Part shown: positions 10,743 to 20,244 of the stretch, one piece after another | Position numbering within the stretch: position 1 is the first letter of the stretch | Layout: each line of letters starts with the position of its first letter | DNA from: Paraphotobacterium marinum | Lineage (GTDB): Bacteria; Pseudomonadota; Gammaproteobacteria; Enterobacterales; Vibrionaceae | DNA length: 24,000 nucleotides | NCBI RefSeq assembly: GCF_002216855.1 | Contig: NZ_CP022355.1 | Span: forward strand, 1,072,695-1,096,694 | Direction of reading: 5' to 3' | The notes under the pieces: generated by a model | What the model saw: only the letters and a program-made list of their open reading frames with translations | Databases searched by the model: none | Told to the model about the DNA's origin: nothing | Made by a program: the position numbers and the translations under genes

Positions 10743-11551
10743 TAAACCTCCTTAAATGTTGTAAGTTGGTCATGTTCTAGTTTTTTAAAATAATTTAAAG
10801 TTTTTACTTTCAATTCAATTGTTGCCTCTGGATCACATACTAGGATGGATTTTTTGTGAAGCTGTAACGCCGATACAGTCCATAAATGATTAACAGATCC
10901 TTCAACTGCAGCATGAACAGCATGAGCTTTATTCATTCCTGTAGCTAAAATCATAACTTCTTCTGCATCTAAGAGAGTACCAACACCGATGGTTAATGCA
11001 TATTTAGGTACTTTATTAATGTCGTTTTCAAAAAATCTAGAGTTTGCAATTAAAGTTTCTTCTGTTAAGGTTTTTATTCTTGTACGAGAGGATAATGAAG
11101 ATGTAGGTTCATTGAAAGCTATATGTCCATCGGTACCTACTCCACCTAGAAATAAGTGTATACCACCATAACTTTTAATCTTTTTCTCATAATTTAAGCA
11201 AACTTCCTCATGATTTTTAGACATCCCATCTAAAAGATTAATATTTTCAGGCAATATATCAATTTTTGAAAAAAAATTGTGGTGCATAAAATAGTGGTAA
11301 GATTGAGGATTATCTTTTTCTAATCCAACATATTCATCCATATTAAATGTCACTACATTTTTAAAGCTTACTATTCCTTTATTGTAAAATTCGATTAATT
11401 TTTTATAAGTTTTAAGAGGAGTACCTCCAGTTGGAAGTCCAAGTACAAATGGTTTTTCTGGTGTGGGTTGAAAAGTATTTATTTTATTAATAATTCTTTT
11501 GGCAGACCATAATGCAACATCATCACATGAATTTAATGGGACAACTCTCAT
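10742..11551 (-). CDS. nagB: Glucosamine-6-phosphate deaminase
   Basis: [68 protein letters not shown]; 269 aa. Confidence 0.97.
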   Translation of the reverse strand: MRVVPLNSCDDVALWSAKRIINKINTFQPTPEKPFVLGLPTGGTPLKTYKKLIEFYNKGIVSFKNVVTFNMDEYVGLEKDNPQSYHYFMHHNFFSKIDILPENINLLDGMSKNHEEVCLNYEKKIKSYGGIHLFLGGVGTDGHIAFNEPTSSLSSRTRIKTLTEETLIANSRFFENDINKVPKYALTIGVGTLLDAEEVMILATGMNKAHAVHAAVEGSVNHLWTVSALQLHKKSILVCDPEATIELKVKTLNYFKKLEHDQLTTFKEV

Positions 11552-11615
11552 ATCTTTTCCTTTGTTGTTTTTTTTTGATTTTACGTTAATAAATAAAAAT
11601 AAGAAATAAGTTAAT

Positions 11616-11631
11616 GTTGATTGAGATCACA
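11616..11631. promoter_or_regulatory. Candidate CRP-like site in nagB/nagE divergent intergenic region
   Basis: GTTGA-TTGAGA-TCACA versus TGTGA-N6-TCACA: one perfect and one degenerate half-site between divergent nagB and nagE, where E. coli also has CRP control. Confidence 0.4.
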
Positions 11632-11714
11632 AAACACATTAAGTGAAATTGTATAAATAATGTATTTATTAGAATATTTATTCTTAAAAATTATAAACAA
11701 CAAGGAAAAATTCA

Positions 11715-13256
11715 GTGAATATATTAGGTTCTGTACAAAGGCTAGGTAAAGCCTTAATGTTGCCAATAGCTATCTTACCTATAGCTGCATTACTTCTGAG
11801 GCTTGGAGCTCCTGATGTGTTAAACATTCCATTTATGAGCTCATCTGGAAATGCGATTATTTCAAATCTTCCTTTGCTTTTCGCATTAGGTATAGGCATA
11901 GGTCTCTCTAAGGATGAGCACGGTTCAGCTGGTTTAGCTGCTGCTGTTTCATATTTTGTATTAGTTGCGAGTGCTAAAGCTATTAACCCTGATATTGATA
12001 TGAGCTTTTTTGCTGGTTTCATAGCAGGTATTATTGGAGGCGTCGTATATAATAAATTCAATGATGTGAAGCTTCCTGAATGGTTAGGATTTTTTGCAGG
12101 TAAACGTTTACCTCCAATTATGTCTGGAATAATTACACTAATTTTTGGTTTTGCAGCTGGGTATTTATGGCCATATGCTCAAAATGGTTTAAATGAAATA
12201 GCTCAAACTGTTCTAAGTTCCGGTTCTATTGGAGAATTTGGCTATGGTGTTTTGAATAGACTTTTACTTCCTTTTGGATTACACCACGTAATTAATAGTT
12301 ATATTTGGTTTTTACTTGGCAGTTGTCAGCAAATACAAGTAGATCCCGTAGCAGCACTTCACGGAGCAACTCATCTATGTGTTGATCCAAGTGTGACTAA
12401 AGACTTAGTTGTAGGGCAATCACATACTTTTTATTTTAATAATTCGGTAACGCCTGAAATACAAGCAACTGTCACAAAAATCACAAACAATATTGTTAAT
12501 GGTGATATAAGTAGGTTTTTAGCAGGTGATAAGTCTGCAGGTGTATATTTGGCAGGTTTTTTCCCAGTTATGATGGGCGGACTTCCTGGGGCAGCTTTAG
12601 CAATGTATTTTGCTGCACCCAAGGAGAATAGAGCTATTGTTGGTGGTATACTTTTCTCTCTAGGGTTTACAGCGTTTTTAACAGGAATAACTGAACCATT
12701 AGAGTTTTCGTTTGTATTTATAGCGCCCGTCTTATTTTTAATACATGCTATTTTAACTGGCTTATCTTTAGTTATAAGTAATGCTTTTGGTATATTGGAT
12801 GGTTTTGGCTTTTCAGCTGGTGCTATTGACTATGTATTAAACTGGGGTTTAGCTACAAAACCTTTAGCTTTACTAGTTCAAATTATTGCTTTTTTCTTTA
12901 TATATTTTATCATTTTTTATTTTTCAATTAAGTTTTTTAAGCTTAAAACACCTGGAAGAGAAGATGATTTTAATGCAACTACTGCAATGTCACAAAACTC
13001 AAAAACAGAACAAGAAACTTCAGAAAGAGGTAAAAATTTTATTGTTGCATTGGGTGGCGATGATAATATAGAAATAATAGATTCTTGCATTACTAGGTTA
13101 AGGTTAACTCTAAGGGACTCAACCACAATTAATGAAAACGAATTGAAAAGGCTAGGTGCAAAAGCAATCGTCAAACTATCAGATAAAAATATACAAGTTA
13201 TTCTAGGTACAATTGCAGAACAAGTTGCCAAAGAAATAAAAGCTTCAAAACAATAA
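11715..13256 (+). CDS. nagE: N-acetylglucosamine-specific PTS transporter, IIC-IIB domains only (no IIA)
   Basis: Starts MNILGSVQRLGKALMLPIAILPIAALLLRLG; GITEPLEFSFVFIAP; IIB domain ALGGDDNIEIIDSCITRLRLTLRD; ends about 30 aa after the IIB Leu/Lys-rich segment, at 513 aa versus about 648 aa for E. coli NagE. Confidence 0.93.
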   Translation: MNILGSVQRLGKALMLPIAILPIAALLLRLGAPDVLNIPFMSSSGNAIISNLPLLFALGIGIGLSKDEHGSAGLAAAVSYFVLVASAKAINPDIDMSFFAGFIAGIIGGVVYNKFNDVKLPEWLGFFAGKRLPPIMSGIITLIFGFAAGYLWPYAQNGLNEIAQTVLSSGSIGEFGYGVLNRLLLPFGLHHVINSYIWFLLGSCQQIQVDPVAALHGATHLCVDPSVTKDLVVGQSHTFYFNNSVTPEIQATVTKITNNIVNGDISRFLAGDKSAGVYLAGFFPVMMGGLPGAALAMYFAAPKENRAIVGGILFSLGFTAFLTGITEPLEFSFVFIAPVLFLIHAILTGLSLVISNAFGILDGFGFSAGAIDYVLNWGLATKPLALLVQIIAFFFIYFIIFYFSIKFFKLKTPGREDDFNATTAMSQNSKTEQETSERGKNFIVALGGDDNIEIIDSCITRLRLTLRDSTTINENELKRLGAKAIVKLSDKNIQVILGTIAEQVAKEIKASKQ

Positions 13257-13307
13257 GTAAACTAAAAAGAATACTCGATATATTTAATAAGAATGTATAT
13301 CATTTTT

Positions 13308-13336
13308 AAAAAAGCCAGACAATTCTGGCTTTTTTT
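13308..13336 (+). terminator. Rho-independent terminator after nagE
   Basis: AAAAAAGCCAGA-CAAT-TCTGGCTTTTTT hairpin with T-tract, 50 bp after the nagE stop. Confidence 0.9.
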
Positions 13337-13420
13337 GTTTTATTTTAGGTAAAAAAGAAACTTATACTTTATTTGTCAGTGGTTATAATTAACTTTTGTA
13401 AATTTATAGTGAAGAGCAAT

Positions 13421-14083
13421 ATGATGATAGTTAAAACAAATTTTTTTAATAAGAATTCGGTTGAATTAGCTCAAAGCCTTATAGGAAAAATGATTTATAG
13501 AAAGTATAATCACCTTGATTTAAGGGCAATTATAATTGAAACGGAAGCTTATGAATTAAATGATGAAGCTAGCCATGCTTCACTGGGATATTCGCCTAAA
13601 ATAAAGGCCTTATACATGACACCTGGAACAATTTATATGCACTTTGCTCATGGGCAGGCTTCATTTGGAATACACTCAAGGAAGAATGGCGGTGCCGTTT
13701 TGATTAAATCCGCTAGAATTTATCCTGATGATTTAGATAACTCTAATGTTATAGAAACAATGCAATCTCTTTCATTATTATGTGGCGGCAAAAAGAGAAG
13801 CACTGATAAGCTTTTAACTGGACAAACGATCTTATGCAAATCACTTGATTTAAAAGTTAAAGATTGGAGCCAAAAACAATTTAATAATACTTTCAATATT
13901 CAAAATATCGATTATGAACCACAAAAAATAATCGCAACAACAAGAGTAGGTATACCTCCTAATAGAGACAATGGACTTTTGAATAGATTCATTGACTATA
14001 AATATGTAAGACAATCTTCAAAAAATCCATTAACAACCAGAAAGAAAACAAATTTTATTTTAGAAGATCATTGGCATGATTAA
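13421..14083 (+). CDS. 3-methyladenine DNA glycosylase, AAG/MPG family
   Basis: RAIIIETEAYELNDEASHASLGYSPKIKALYMTPGTIYMHFAHGQASFGIHS and VRQSSKNPLTTR match the AAG/MPG family. The start at 13421 has a GAAGAG RBS-like element; the ORF-track start 13373 is probably too early. Confidence 0.85.
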   Translation: MMIVKTNFFNKNSVELAQSLIGKMIYRKYNHLDLRAIIIETEAYELNDEASHASLGYSPKIKALYMTPGTIYMHFAHGQASFGIHSRKNGGAVLIKSARIYPDDLDNSNVIETMQSLSLLCGGKKRSTDKLLTGQTILCKSLDLKVKDWSQKQFNNTFNIQNIDYEPQKIIATTRVGIPPNRDNGLLNRFIDYKYVRQSSKNPLTTRKKTNFILEDHWHD

Positions 14084-14232
14084 TATTTTTCGCTAGCACA
14101 CTTAATATAAACTTATATCTGTGTATTTTTTAATATAAAATTATTAATGTCACATCTATTTTATATACATTTGAATTAGGTTAAACTATCATAATGTCTA
14201 AAATATTAAAATAACTTATAAATGAGGTTTGT

Positions 14233-15885
14233 TTGATGAGTGTAGAAGTGGCTCGTCCAAAGAATTTTATAGAACAAAAAATAGATTCAGATTTAGAAAA
14301 CAATGTTGTTACAACTGTCCACACCAGATTCCCCCCAGAACCTAATGGCTTTTTACATATTGGACATGCTAAATCTATTTGTTTAAACTTCGGTTTAGCG
14401 AAAGAATATAATGGCACATGTAATTTAAGATTTGATGATACTAACCCGTTAAAAGAAACTGCAGAGTTTGTTGAAGCCATTAAAAAAGATGTAAAGTGGT
14501 TGGGTTTTAAATGGGATGAACTTAGACACTCTTCTGATTATTTTGAACAGTTATATCTATACGCAAAAGAACTAATTAGTTCGGGTCTAGCATATGTAGA
14601 TGAATTAACCGATGATGAAATAAGACAGTATAGAGGAAATTTTACTACACCAGGTAAGAACAGCCCCTATAGAGATAGAAGTATATCAGAGAATCTCAAC
14701 TTATTTGAGAAAATGAAAATGGGTGGCTTTCAAGAAGGTAAGGCGTGCTTAAGAGCAAAAATTGACATGTCGTCAAGCTTTATGGTTATGCGTGATCCTG
14801 TTCTTTATAGAGTTCGATTTATTCAGCATCATCAAACTAAAGATAAATGGTGTATATATCCCATGTATGATTTTACCCATTGTATTTCTGATGCCATTGA
14901 AAATATTTCACATTCATTATGTACATTAGAGTTTCAAGATAATAGAAGAATTTACGATTGGATTCTTGATAATATTTCAATAAAATCTAGACCCCATCAA
15001 TATGAGTTTAGTAGACTTAATCTTGAATATACTTTAACTTCCAAAAGAAAATTAAGCGATCTAGTTGAAGAGCGATTTGTTGATGGTTGGGATGATCCTA
15101 GAATGCCAACGATATCTGGTTTGAGAAGAAGAGGATATACTCCTGCTTCTATTAGAGAGTTTTGCTCAAGAATTGGTGTTACCAAACAAGAAAATACAAT
15201 TGAATTAAATGCTCTTGAAGCTTGTATTCGGGAAGATCTAAATACTAATGCTAGACGAGTTATGGCTGTATTAGATCCCGTAAAAGTAATTATTGAAAAT
15301 TTTGATGACCAACCATTTTTTATAGATGCCAAAAATCATCCTAATAATGATGAGATGGGAACTCGTAAAGTGCAGTTTTCAAGAGAGATTTGGATTGAAA
15401 GAGAAGACTTTAAGGTAGAGGCCAATAAAAAATTCAAACGTTTAGTTTTGGGTAAAGAGGTTCGGCTACGCAATTGTTTTGTTATTAAAGCTAATGATGT
15501 TGTATATGATGAATACGGATCTATAAAAGAAATAATTTGCACATATGATCCAAATACATTAGGACAAGATCCTTTAGATGGTAGGAAAGTAAAAGGAGTG
15601 ATTCATTGGGTTTCGAGTACAAATGCAATCTCAGCTCAATTTAGAGTCTATGAAAAACTTTTTAATCATAAAAATCCAGCACAAGTTGAAGATTTCAGAA
15701 CAGAACTTAACTTAAAATCATTGGAAACCTTCAATGGATTTGTAGAAAACTCAGTAAAAGAAAATGATATAGAGGAAAGGTATCAATTTGAAAGAAAGGG
15801 CTATTTTACACAAGACAATAAAGATTTTAGCAAAGAATTTCTAATATTTAATCAGATTGTTGGTTTAAGAGAAACAAATAAATAG
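14233..15885 (+). CDS. glnS: Glutaminyl-tRNA synthetase
   Basis: [28 protein letters not shown] (HIGH motif), [40 protein letters not shown]; start could be 14233 or 14236. Confidence 0.97.
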   Translation: MMSVEVARPKNFIEQKIDSDLENNVVTTVHTRFPPEPNGFLHIGHAKSICLNFGLAKEYNGTCNLRFDDTNPLKETAEFVEAIKKDVKWLGFKWDELRHSSDYFEQLYLYAKELISSGLAYVDELTDDEIRQYRGNFTTPGKNSPYRDRSISENLNLFEKMKMGGFQEGKACLRAKIDMSSSFMVMRDPVLYRVRFIQHHQTKDKWCIYPMYDFTHCISDAIENISHSLCTLEFQDNRRIYDWILDNISIKSRPHQYEFSRLNLEYTLTSKRKLSDLVEERFVDGWDDPRMPTISGLRRRGYTPASIREFCSRIGVTKQENTIELNALEACIREDLNTNARRVMAVLDPVKVIIENFDDQPFFIDAKNHPNNDEMGTRKVQFSREIWIEREDFKVEANKKFKRLVLGKEVRLRNCFVIKANDVVYDEYGSIKEIICTYDPNTLGQDPLDGRKVKGVIHWVSSTNAISAQFRVYEKLFNHKNPAQVEDFRTELNLKSLETFNGFVENSVKENDIEERYQFERKGYFTQDNKDFSKEFLIFNQIVGLRETNK

Positions 15886-15923
15886 CTTTCAGTTAAACAA
15901 AAGTTTTAAAAAATTGTTATATA

Positions 15924-15955
15924 AGAAATAGATTTTTATAAATCTATTTCTTTTT
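15924..15955. terminator. Bidirectional-type terminator hairpin between convergent glnS and fur
   Basis: AGAAATAGATTT-TTAT-AAATCTATTTCT followed by TTTT on the + strand; overlaps the 3' end of fur. Confidence 0.75.
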
Positions 15956-16390
15956 ATGAAGGTCCGGATTATCTTGGCAATTCTTTTTTGTGCAATGACC
16001 GTAAAGATAAAGACTATGGTTTGTTAATCTAATATTGTATCTATCAGCTATTTCTGTTTGTCTATTTTCGATTAAGTCATCGTTAAATTCAATCACTTTC
16101 CCACAATCAAGGCAAACCAAATGATCATGATGTTCTTGCTTGGAAAGTTCAAAAACCGATTTTCCACCTTCAAAATGATGCCTTGTGACAATGCCTGCAT
16201 CATCAAACTGATTTAATACTCTATATACAGTCGCTAGTCCAATTTCTTCGCCAATGTCTAAAAACTTTTTATAGAGCTCTTCGGCACTAATATGCTGATT
16301 TTCAGGATGTTGCAAAAATTCCAGTATTTTTAACCTTGGTAAAGTAACCTTTAAACCTGCTTTTTTTAGAGCATTGTTGTTTTCCATCAT
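15944..16390 (-). CDS. fur: Ferric uptake regulator
   Basis: NNALKKAGLKVTLPRLKILEFLQ, ATVYRVLNQFDDAGIVTRHHFEGGKSVFELS, HHDHLVCLDCGKVIEF; 148 aa; adjacent to fldA. Confidence 0.97.
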   Translation of the reverse strand: MMENNNALKKAGLKVTLPRLKILEFLQHPENQHISAEELYKKFLDIGEEIGLATVYRVLNQFDDAGIVTRHHFEGGKSVFELSKQEHHDHLVCLDCGKVIEFNDDLIENRQTEIADRYNIRLTNHSLYLYGHCTKKNCQDNPDLHKKK

Positions 16391-16406
16391 ATATTCCTAT
16401 GATTAA

Positions 16407-16919
16407 TTATAAATTCATTTCAGTTTTGATTTGTTTAACCCAATTTAACACACGTTCTTCGGTCATTTCAGGTTGTCGATCTTCATCAATACACAAACCA
16501 ACCAATTGATTATCTTCTAATAATGCTTTAGATTCTTCGAATTCATATCCCTCAGAAGATGTTTTACCAATTAAAGAAGCACCATTATTAGTTAAAATTT
16601 CTGCAATTGCGCCCATAGCATCACAAAAATATTCAGCATAATCTTCCTGATCACCACATCCAAAAATACCAACTTTCTTGCCGTTAAAGTCAATCGTTTC
16701 TAATTCAGGAAAAAAATCATCCCAATCACACTGATTTTCTCCATAATACCATGTTGGAATCCCAAATAAAAATAAGTCGTAGTTTTCAAAATCTTCTTTA
16801 GTGGAATTAGCGATATCTTTAACATCTACAATATCAGAACCAATTTTATCCTGAATGATTTTTGAAATTTCTTCTGTATTTCCTGTATCACTCCCAAAAA
16901 ACAAACCTACTTTTTGCAT
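16407..16919 (-). CDS. fldA: Flavodoxin
   Basis: MQKVGLFFGSDTGNTEEISKIIQDKIGSD, GIPTWYYGENQCDWDDFFPELETIDFNGKKVGIFGCGDQEDYAEYFCDAMG. The start at 16919 replaces the over-extended ORF start at 17090. Confidence 0.96.
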   Translation of the reverse strand: MQKVGLFFGSDTGNTEEISKIIQDKIGSDIVDVKDIANSTKEDFENYDLFLFGIPTWYYGENQCDWDDFFPELETIDFNGKKVGIFGCGDQEDYAEYFCDAMGAIAEILTNNGASLIGKTSSEGYEFEESKALLEDNQLVGLCIDEDRQPEMTEERVLNWVKQIKTEMNL

Positions 16920-16942
16920 ACCATTACCTTTATTATATTTAT

Positions 16943-17149
16943 TTAAGTTACTATAGTTGATATTATACTCTTTACAATAAAACCAAAACAACCCAAAAAT
17001 AAAATAAACCAAATAATTATCTTTCCAAATTTTGAAATATTTGTTTTTTTCGTTATTGTAAGTATTGTGTAAACTATAAAAAGAACACAAAATATGAGCA
17101 TAAAATTCAATATTAAATTTTCATAAAGAACTAATTTCTCATAGTTCAT
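16943..17149 (-). CDS. Small membrane protein, DUF2788-like
   Basis: About 68 aa with two hydrophobic segments and SKFGKIIIWFILFLGCFGFIVKSII, resembling small inner-membrane proteins found between fldA and ybfF in some gammaproteobacteria. ORF track starts at 17167; the start at MNYEKLV (17149) is my inference. Confidence 0.6.
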   Translation of the reverse strand: MNYEKLVLYENLILNFMLIFCVLFIVYTILTITKKTNISKFGKIIIWFILFLGCFGFIVKSIISTIVT

Positions 17150-17936
17150 ATTGATAAAACTTTTCAATTATTGCTATTAATTTAACTGGATACTCAGCGT
17201 GCACCCAATGTCCAGCGTTTGCAATTATATGAATTTTGCTATTTGGTACTTGCTTTAAACTATCACTAGAATATTCTGGCAATATGTAATCAGATAAGTT
17301 ACCTTTTATAAAAAGAGTTTTAGTTTGGATTGGTTTAATTTCGGTCCATTCCATTATCTTGGAATAATTTTCTGACAATGATTTTAAGTTAAATTTCCAT
17401 GAATAAGAGCCATTAGTTTTAACCAAAGATTTTAGCAAAAATTGAGAAATAGATTCTTCTTTTACATAAGTATTTAAAACACTGTATATTTCACTCCTAT
17501 TTAAATTTTCATCTTTTAAAATGCTTTCAGTTTTAAGTAGACCCTCAAAAATAGATTTGTGTTTGTTCACTTTATAACTGATAGGTGCAATATCAATTAT
17601 AACTAATGATTGTACTTTTTTTGGGTTTAAACTTGCACATTTTAAGGCAACTTTTCCTCCCATTGAATGACCAATAAGATGAGCGGACTCAATATTTTTA
17701 TTTTTCATCAACTGTAATATATCTTCCGCCATAGTATCGTAATCATGTGTTATTGAGTGAAACGAATTACCATGATTTCTTACATCAACACAAATACAAT
17801 AAGAATGGCTTGAAAAGTGAGTAGCAATTCTTCTAAGATTACCAGAATCTCCAAATAAACCATGGATAAAAATAATGACATTTTTGCTACTGGATTCACC
17901 AAGTGAGTTATAGGATAAGTTTAAATTATTTCGCAT
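17139..17936 (-). CDS. ybfF: Alpha/beta-hydrolase (acyl-CoA esterase YbfF family)
   Basis: VIIFIHGLFGDSGNLRRIATHFSSHSYCICVDVRNHGNS, GHSMGGKVALKCA nucleophile elbow, AGHWVHAEYP; position between fldA and seqA. Confidence 0.9.
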   Translation of the reverse strand: MRNNLNLSYNSLGESSSKNVIIFIHGLFGDSGNLRRIATHFSSHSYCICVDVRNHGNSFHSITHDYDTMAEDILQLMKNKNIESAHLIGHSMGGKVALKCASLNPKKVQSLVIIDIAPISYKVNKHKSIFEGLLKTESILKDENLNRSEIYSVLNTYVKEESISQFLLKSLVKTNGSYSWKFNLKSLSENYSKIMEWTEIKPIQTKTLFIKGNLSDYILPEYSSDSLKQVPNSKIHIIANAGHWVHAEYPVKLIAIIEKFYQYEL

Positions 17937-18018
17937 TATAATAATGTTTTAATAGAGAGTTTGTTATTAAAATTATATAATCTAAGATAACATAACATTA
18001 ATTTGTGTGAAATAAAAA

Positions 18019-18545
18019 ATGAAAAGAATAGATCTAGATGAAGATTTGTATAACTATATAGCAAGTCAAACAAAGAGAATTGGGGAAAGTGCTTCAGATA
18101 TTCTTCGCAGATTACTGAACTTTGAGAAATTAACAGAAGACGTCTCTAATGTTGAAGTCATTAGTAAATTAGCATCATCTGAAAATCATATAAAAAAGTT
18201 TCATAGAGATGAAGCTTTATTAAATAATTTAGAGTTTCTAAGAAATAGCTCTACAATAAAAAAATAACCGATAAATTTATGATCATCTTGTCTCAACTGT
18301 ATTTAGTTGATTCTCAAAGGTTTAAAAATGTGGAAGTAAGGGGAAGAAGTAGATTATATTTGTCACCATCAAAAGAGCTTTTAATTAAGAGTGGCACTAA
18401 TACTCGTCCTAAACAAATTCCAAGAACTTCATTTTGGATTATCACTAATACTAACACTGAAAGAAAAAAACAAATTATTGAAGATGTAATGCAACAGATG
18501 GATTTTAAGAAACTGACTATTGAATCAGTTATCCAAATAATATAG
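18019..18545 (+). CDS. seqA: Replication initiation negative regulator SeqA, interrupted by an apparent 1-nt frameshift at 18258-18264
   Basis: ORF 18019..18267 = [35 protein letters not shown] (SeqA N-terminal domain); ORF frame 18279..18545 contains [16 protein letters not shown]...[55 protein letters not shown] (SeqA C-terminal DNA-binding domain). A -1 shift at A7 joins them without a gap. Confidence 0.9.
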
Positions 18546-18561
18546 GAGCATACTTGTTACA

Positions 18562-20202
18562 ATGAAAACTCATCCAAGAGCTGGCCTCAAAGCAATAGAA
18601 AGTGATTTGATTGATTGTAAAAAGCTTGAAAATGCATATTACAATAAAAAACCATTAAAAGATGAAAAAGACACTTATGTTTCATTTGGAACTTCTGGAC
18701 ATAGAGGGTCATCTTTGAAAAGTTCTTTTAATGAACTTCATATTTTTGCGATTACATTAGCTATCATTGATTTTAGAAAAAAAAATGAAATAAATGGCCC
18801 AATTTTTGTTGGTATGGATACCCATCTTTTATCAAAGCTTGCAATGCAAAGTGTCTTGCAGGTTTTATCATTTCATGGAATTAAAACTTTAACATCGGAG
18901 AAAGAATTTGTCCCAACTCCAGCATTATCCTTTGCTATTCTAAAACATAATAGAACGAATAGTCAGGATAACTTGTCAGATGGTATTATAATAACACCAT
19001 CTCACAACCCTCCAGAAGATGGAGGTATAAAGTATAATTTTACTCATGGCGGGCCATCAGAAGAAAGTATAACGAAATTTATAGAAAATAGAGCTAATGA
19101 AATTTTGTTTTCGGGATTAGTTAATTTTAATGAATTTAGAAGTCAATCATATTTAATGTCTGACTCTATTTCTGAATATGATTTCTTAACGCCATATGTA
19201 AGTGATTTAAGTAATGTTATTAACTTTGAAAAAATTAAAGCTTCAAATCTAAAAATTGCTGTTGACCCAATGGGGGGAGCTGGACTGAAATACTGGCAAA
19301 AAATTTCTGATTTTTACGATTTAAATATTGATATTATAAATAAGAAAATAGATCCACAGTTTAGTTTTATGACTCTTGATAAGGACGGAGTCATTAGAAT
19401 GGATTGTTCATCCGAGTATGCTATGAATAGTCTCTTAGAACATTGCGAGGATTATGATTTGTTGCTTGGGAATGATCCTGATTTTGACCGTCATGGTGTC
19501 GCGACAAAAGCAGGACTTATGAAACCCAATCATTTTCTATCAGTTTGTATCGACTATTTATTTAAAACAAGAACTGAATGGAATAAAATTTCTCAAAATG
19601 TTGGAAAAACACTGGTATCAAGCTTAATGGTCGATAGAGTTGCAAAATCAAATAAGCTCACTGTTTATGAAGTACCTGTTGGTTTCAAATGGTTTGTTAA
19701 AGGTTTACTGAACCATGAAATAGGTTTTGCTGGAGAGGAAAGTGCAGGAGCTTCTTTTCTTAGGTTAGATGGTAAAACATGGACAACTGATAAGGATGGG
19801 ATTATTTTGTGTTTGCTTGCGGCCGAGATTATGGCGGTTGAAGGTATATCTCCTCAGACTTACTATAATAGTTTAGAAAAGAAATTAGGTAAATCCTATT
19901 ATACACGAATACATTTAACAGCTAATAAAAAACAAAAAGACAAACTATTAAACTTTTTAGAATCCAATTTTAAGCATAAATTTCTTGCTGAAGAAAAAAT
20001 TACACAAGTGCTCACATGCGCGCCTGGAAATAATGAAAAAATTGGCGGGATAAAAATTGAAACCGACAATGGATGGTTTGTCGCAAGACCTTCAGGAACT
20101 GAAGATTTTTTGAAGGTCTACTGTGAAAGCTTCATTAGTGAAGACCATTTACAAAAAATTATAAAGGGAGCTGAAAAAATCATCTACGAAATAATGCATT
20201 AA
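18562..20202 (+). CDS. pgm: Phosphoglucomutase, alpha-D-glucose phosphate-specific
   Basis: YVSFGTSGHRGSSLKSSFNELHI, TPSHNPPEDGGIKYN, GNDPDFDRHGV, FAGEESAGASFLR, ARPSGTEDFLKVYCESF; directly after seqA. Confidence 0.97.
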   Translation: MKTHPRAGLKAIESDLIDCKKLENAYYNKKPLKDEKDTYVSFGTSGHRGSSLKSSFNELHIFAITLAIIDFRKKNEINGPIFVGMDTHLLSKLAMQSVLQVLSFHGIKTLTSEKEFVPTPALSFAILKHNRTNSQDNLSDGIIITPSHNPPEDGGIKYNFTHGGPSEESITKFIENRANEILFSGLVNFNEFRSQSYLMSDSISEYDFLTPYVSDLSNVINFEKIKASNLKIAVDPMGGAGLKYWQKISDFYDLNIDIINKKIDPQFSFMTLDKDGVIRMDCSSEYAMNSLLEHCEDYDLLLGNDPDFDRHGVATKAGLMKPNHFLSVCIDYLFKTRTEWNKISQNVGKTLVSSLMVDRVAKSNKLTVYEVPVGFKWFVKGLLNHEIGFAGEESAGASFLRLDGKTWTTDKDGIILCLLAAEIMAVEGISPQTYYNSLEKKLGKSYYTRIHLTANKKQKDKLLNFLESNFKHKFLAEEKITQVLTCAPGNNEKIGGIKIETDNGWFVARPSGTEDFLKVYCESFISEDHLQKIIKGAEKIIYEIMH

Positions 20203-20244
20203 ATTTGAGTGGATATTAATTAAGTTTATTGAAAGAGGACTGTT

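Noticed and set aside
11684-13231. ORFs overlapping nagE (11684..12061 -, 12431..12622 -, 12886..13071 +, 12917..13231 -)
   Set aside because: All overlap conserved nagE sequence; translations show no independent support.
16920-17090. N-terminal extension of the fldA ORF (57 aa)
   Set aside because: Flavodoxin begins at MQKVGLFFGSDTGNTE; the extension overlaps the small membrane protein gene and has no flavodoxin homology.
18279-18545. ORF 18279..18545 as an independent small gene
   Set aside because: It is the C-terminal domain of SeqA in the -1 frame; its initial ATG corresponds to an internal Met in FM[L/I][L/I]LS.
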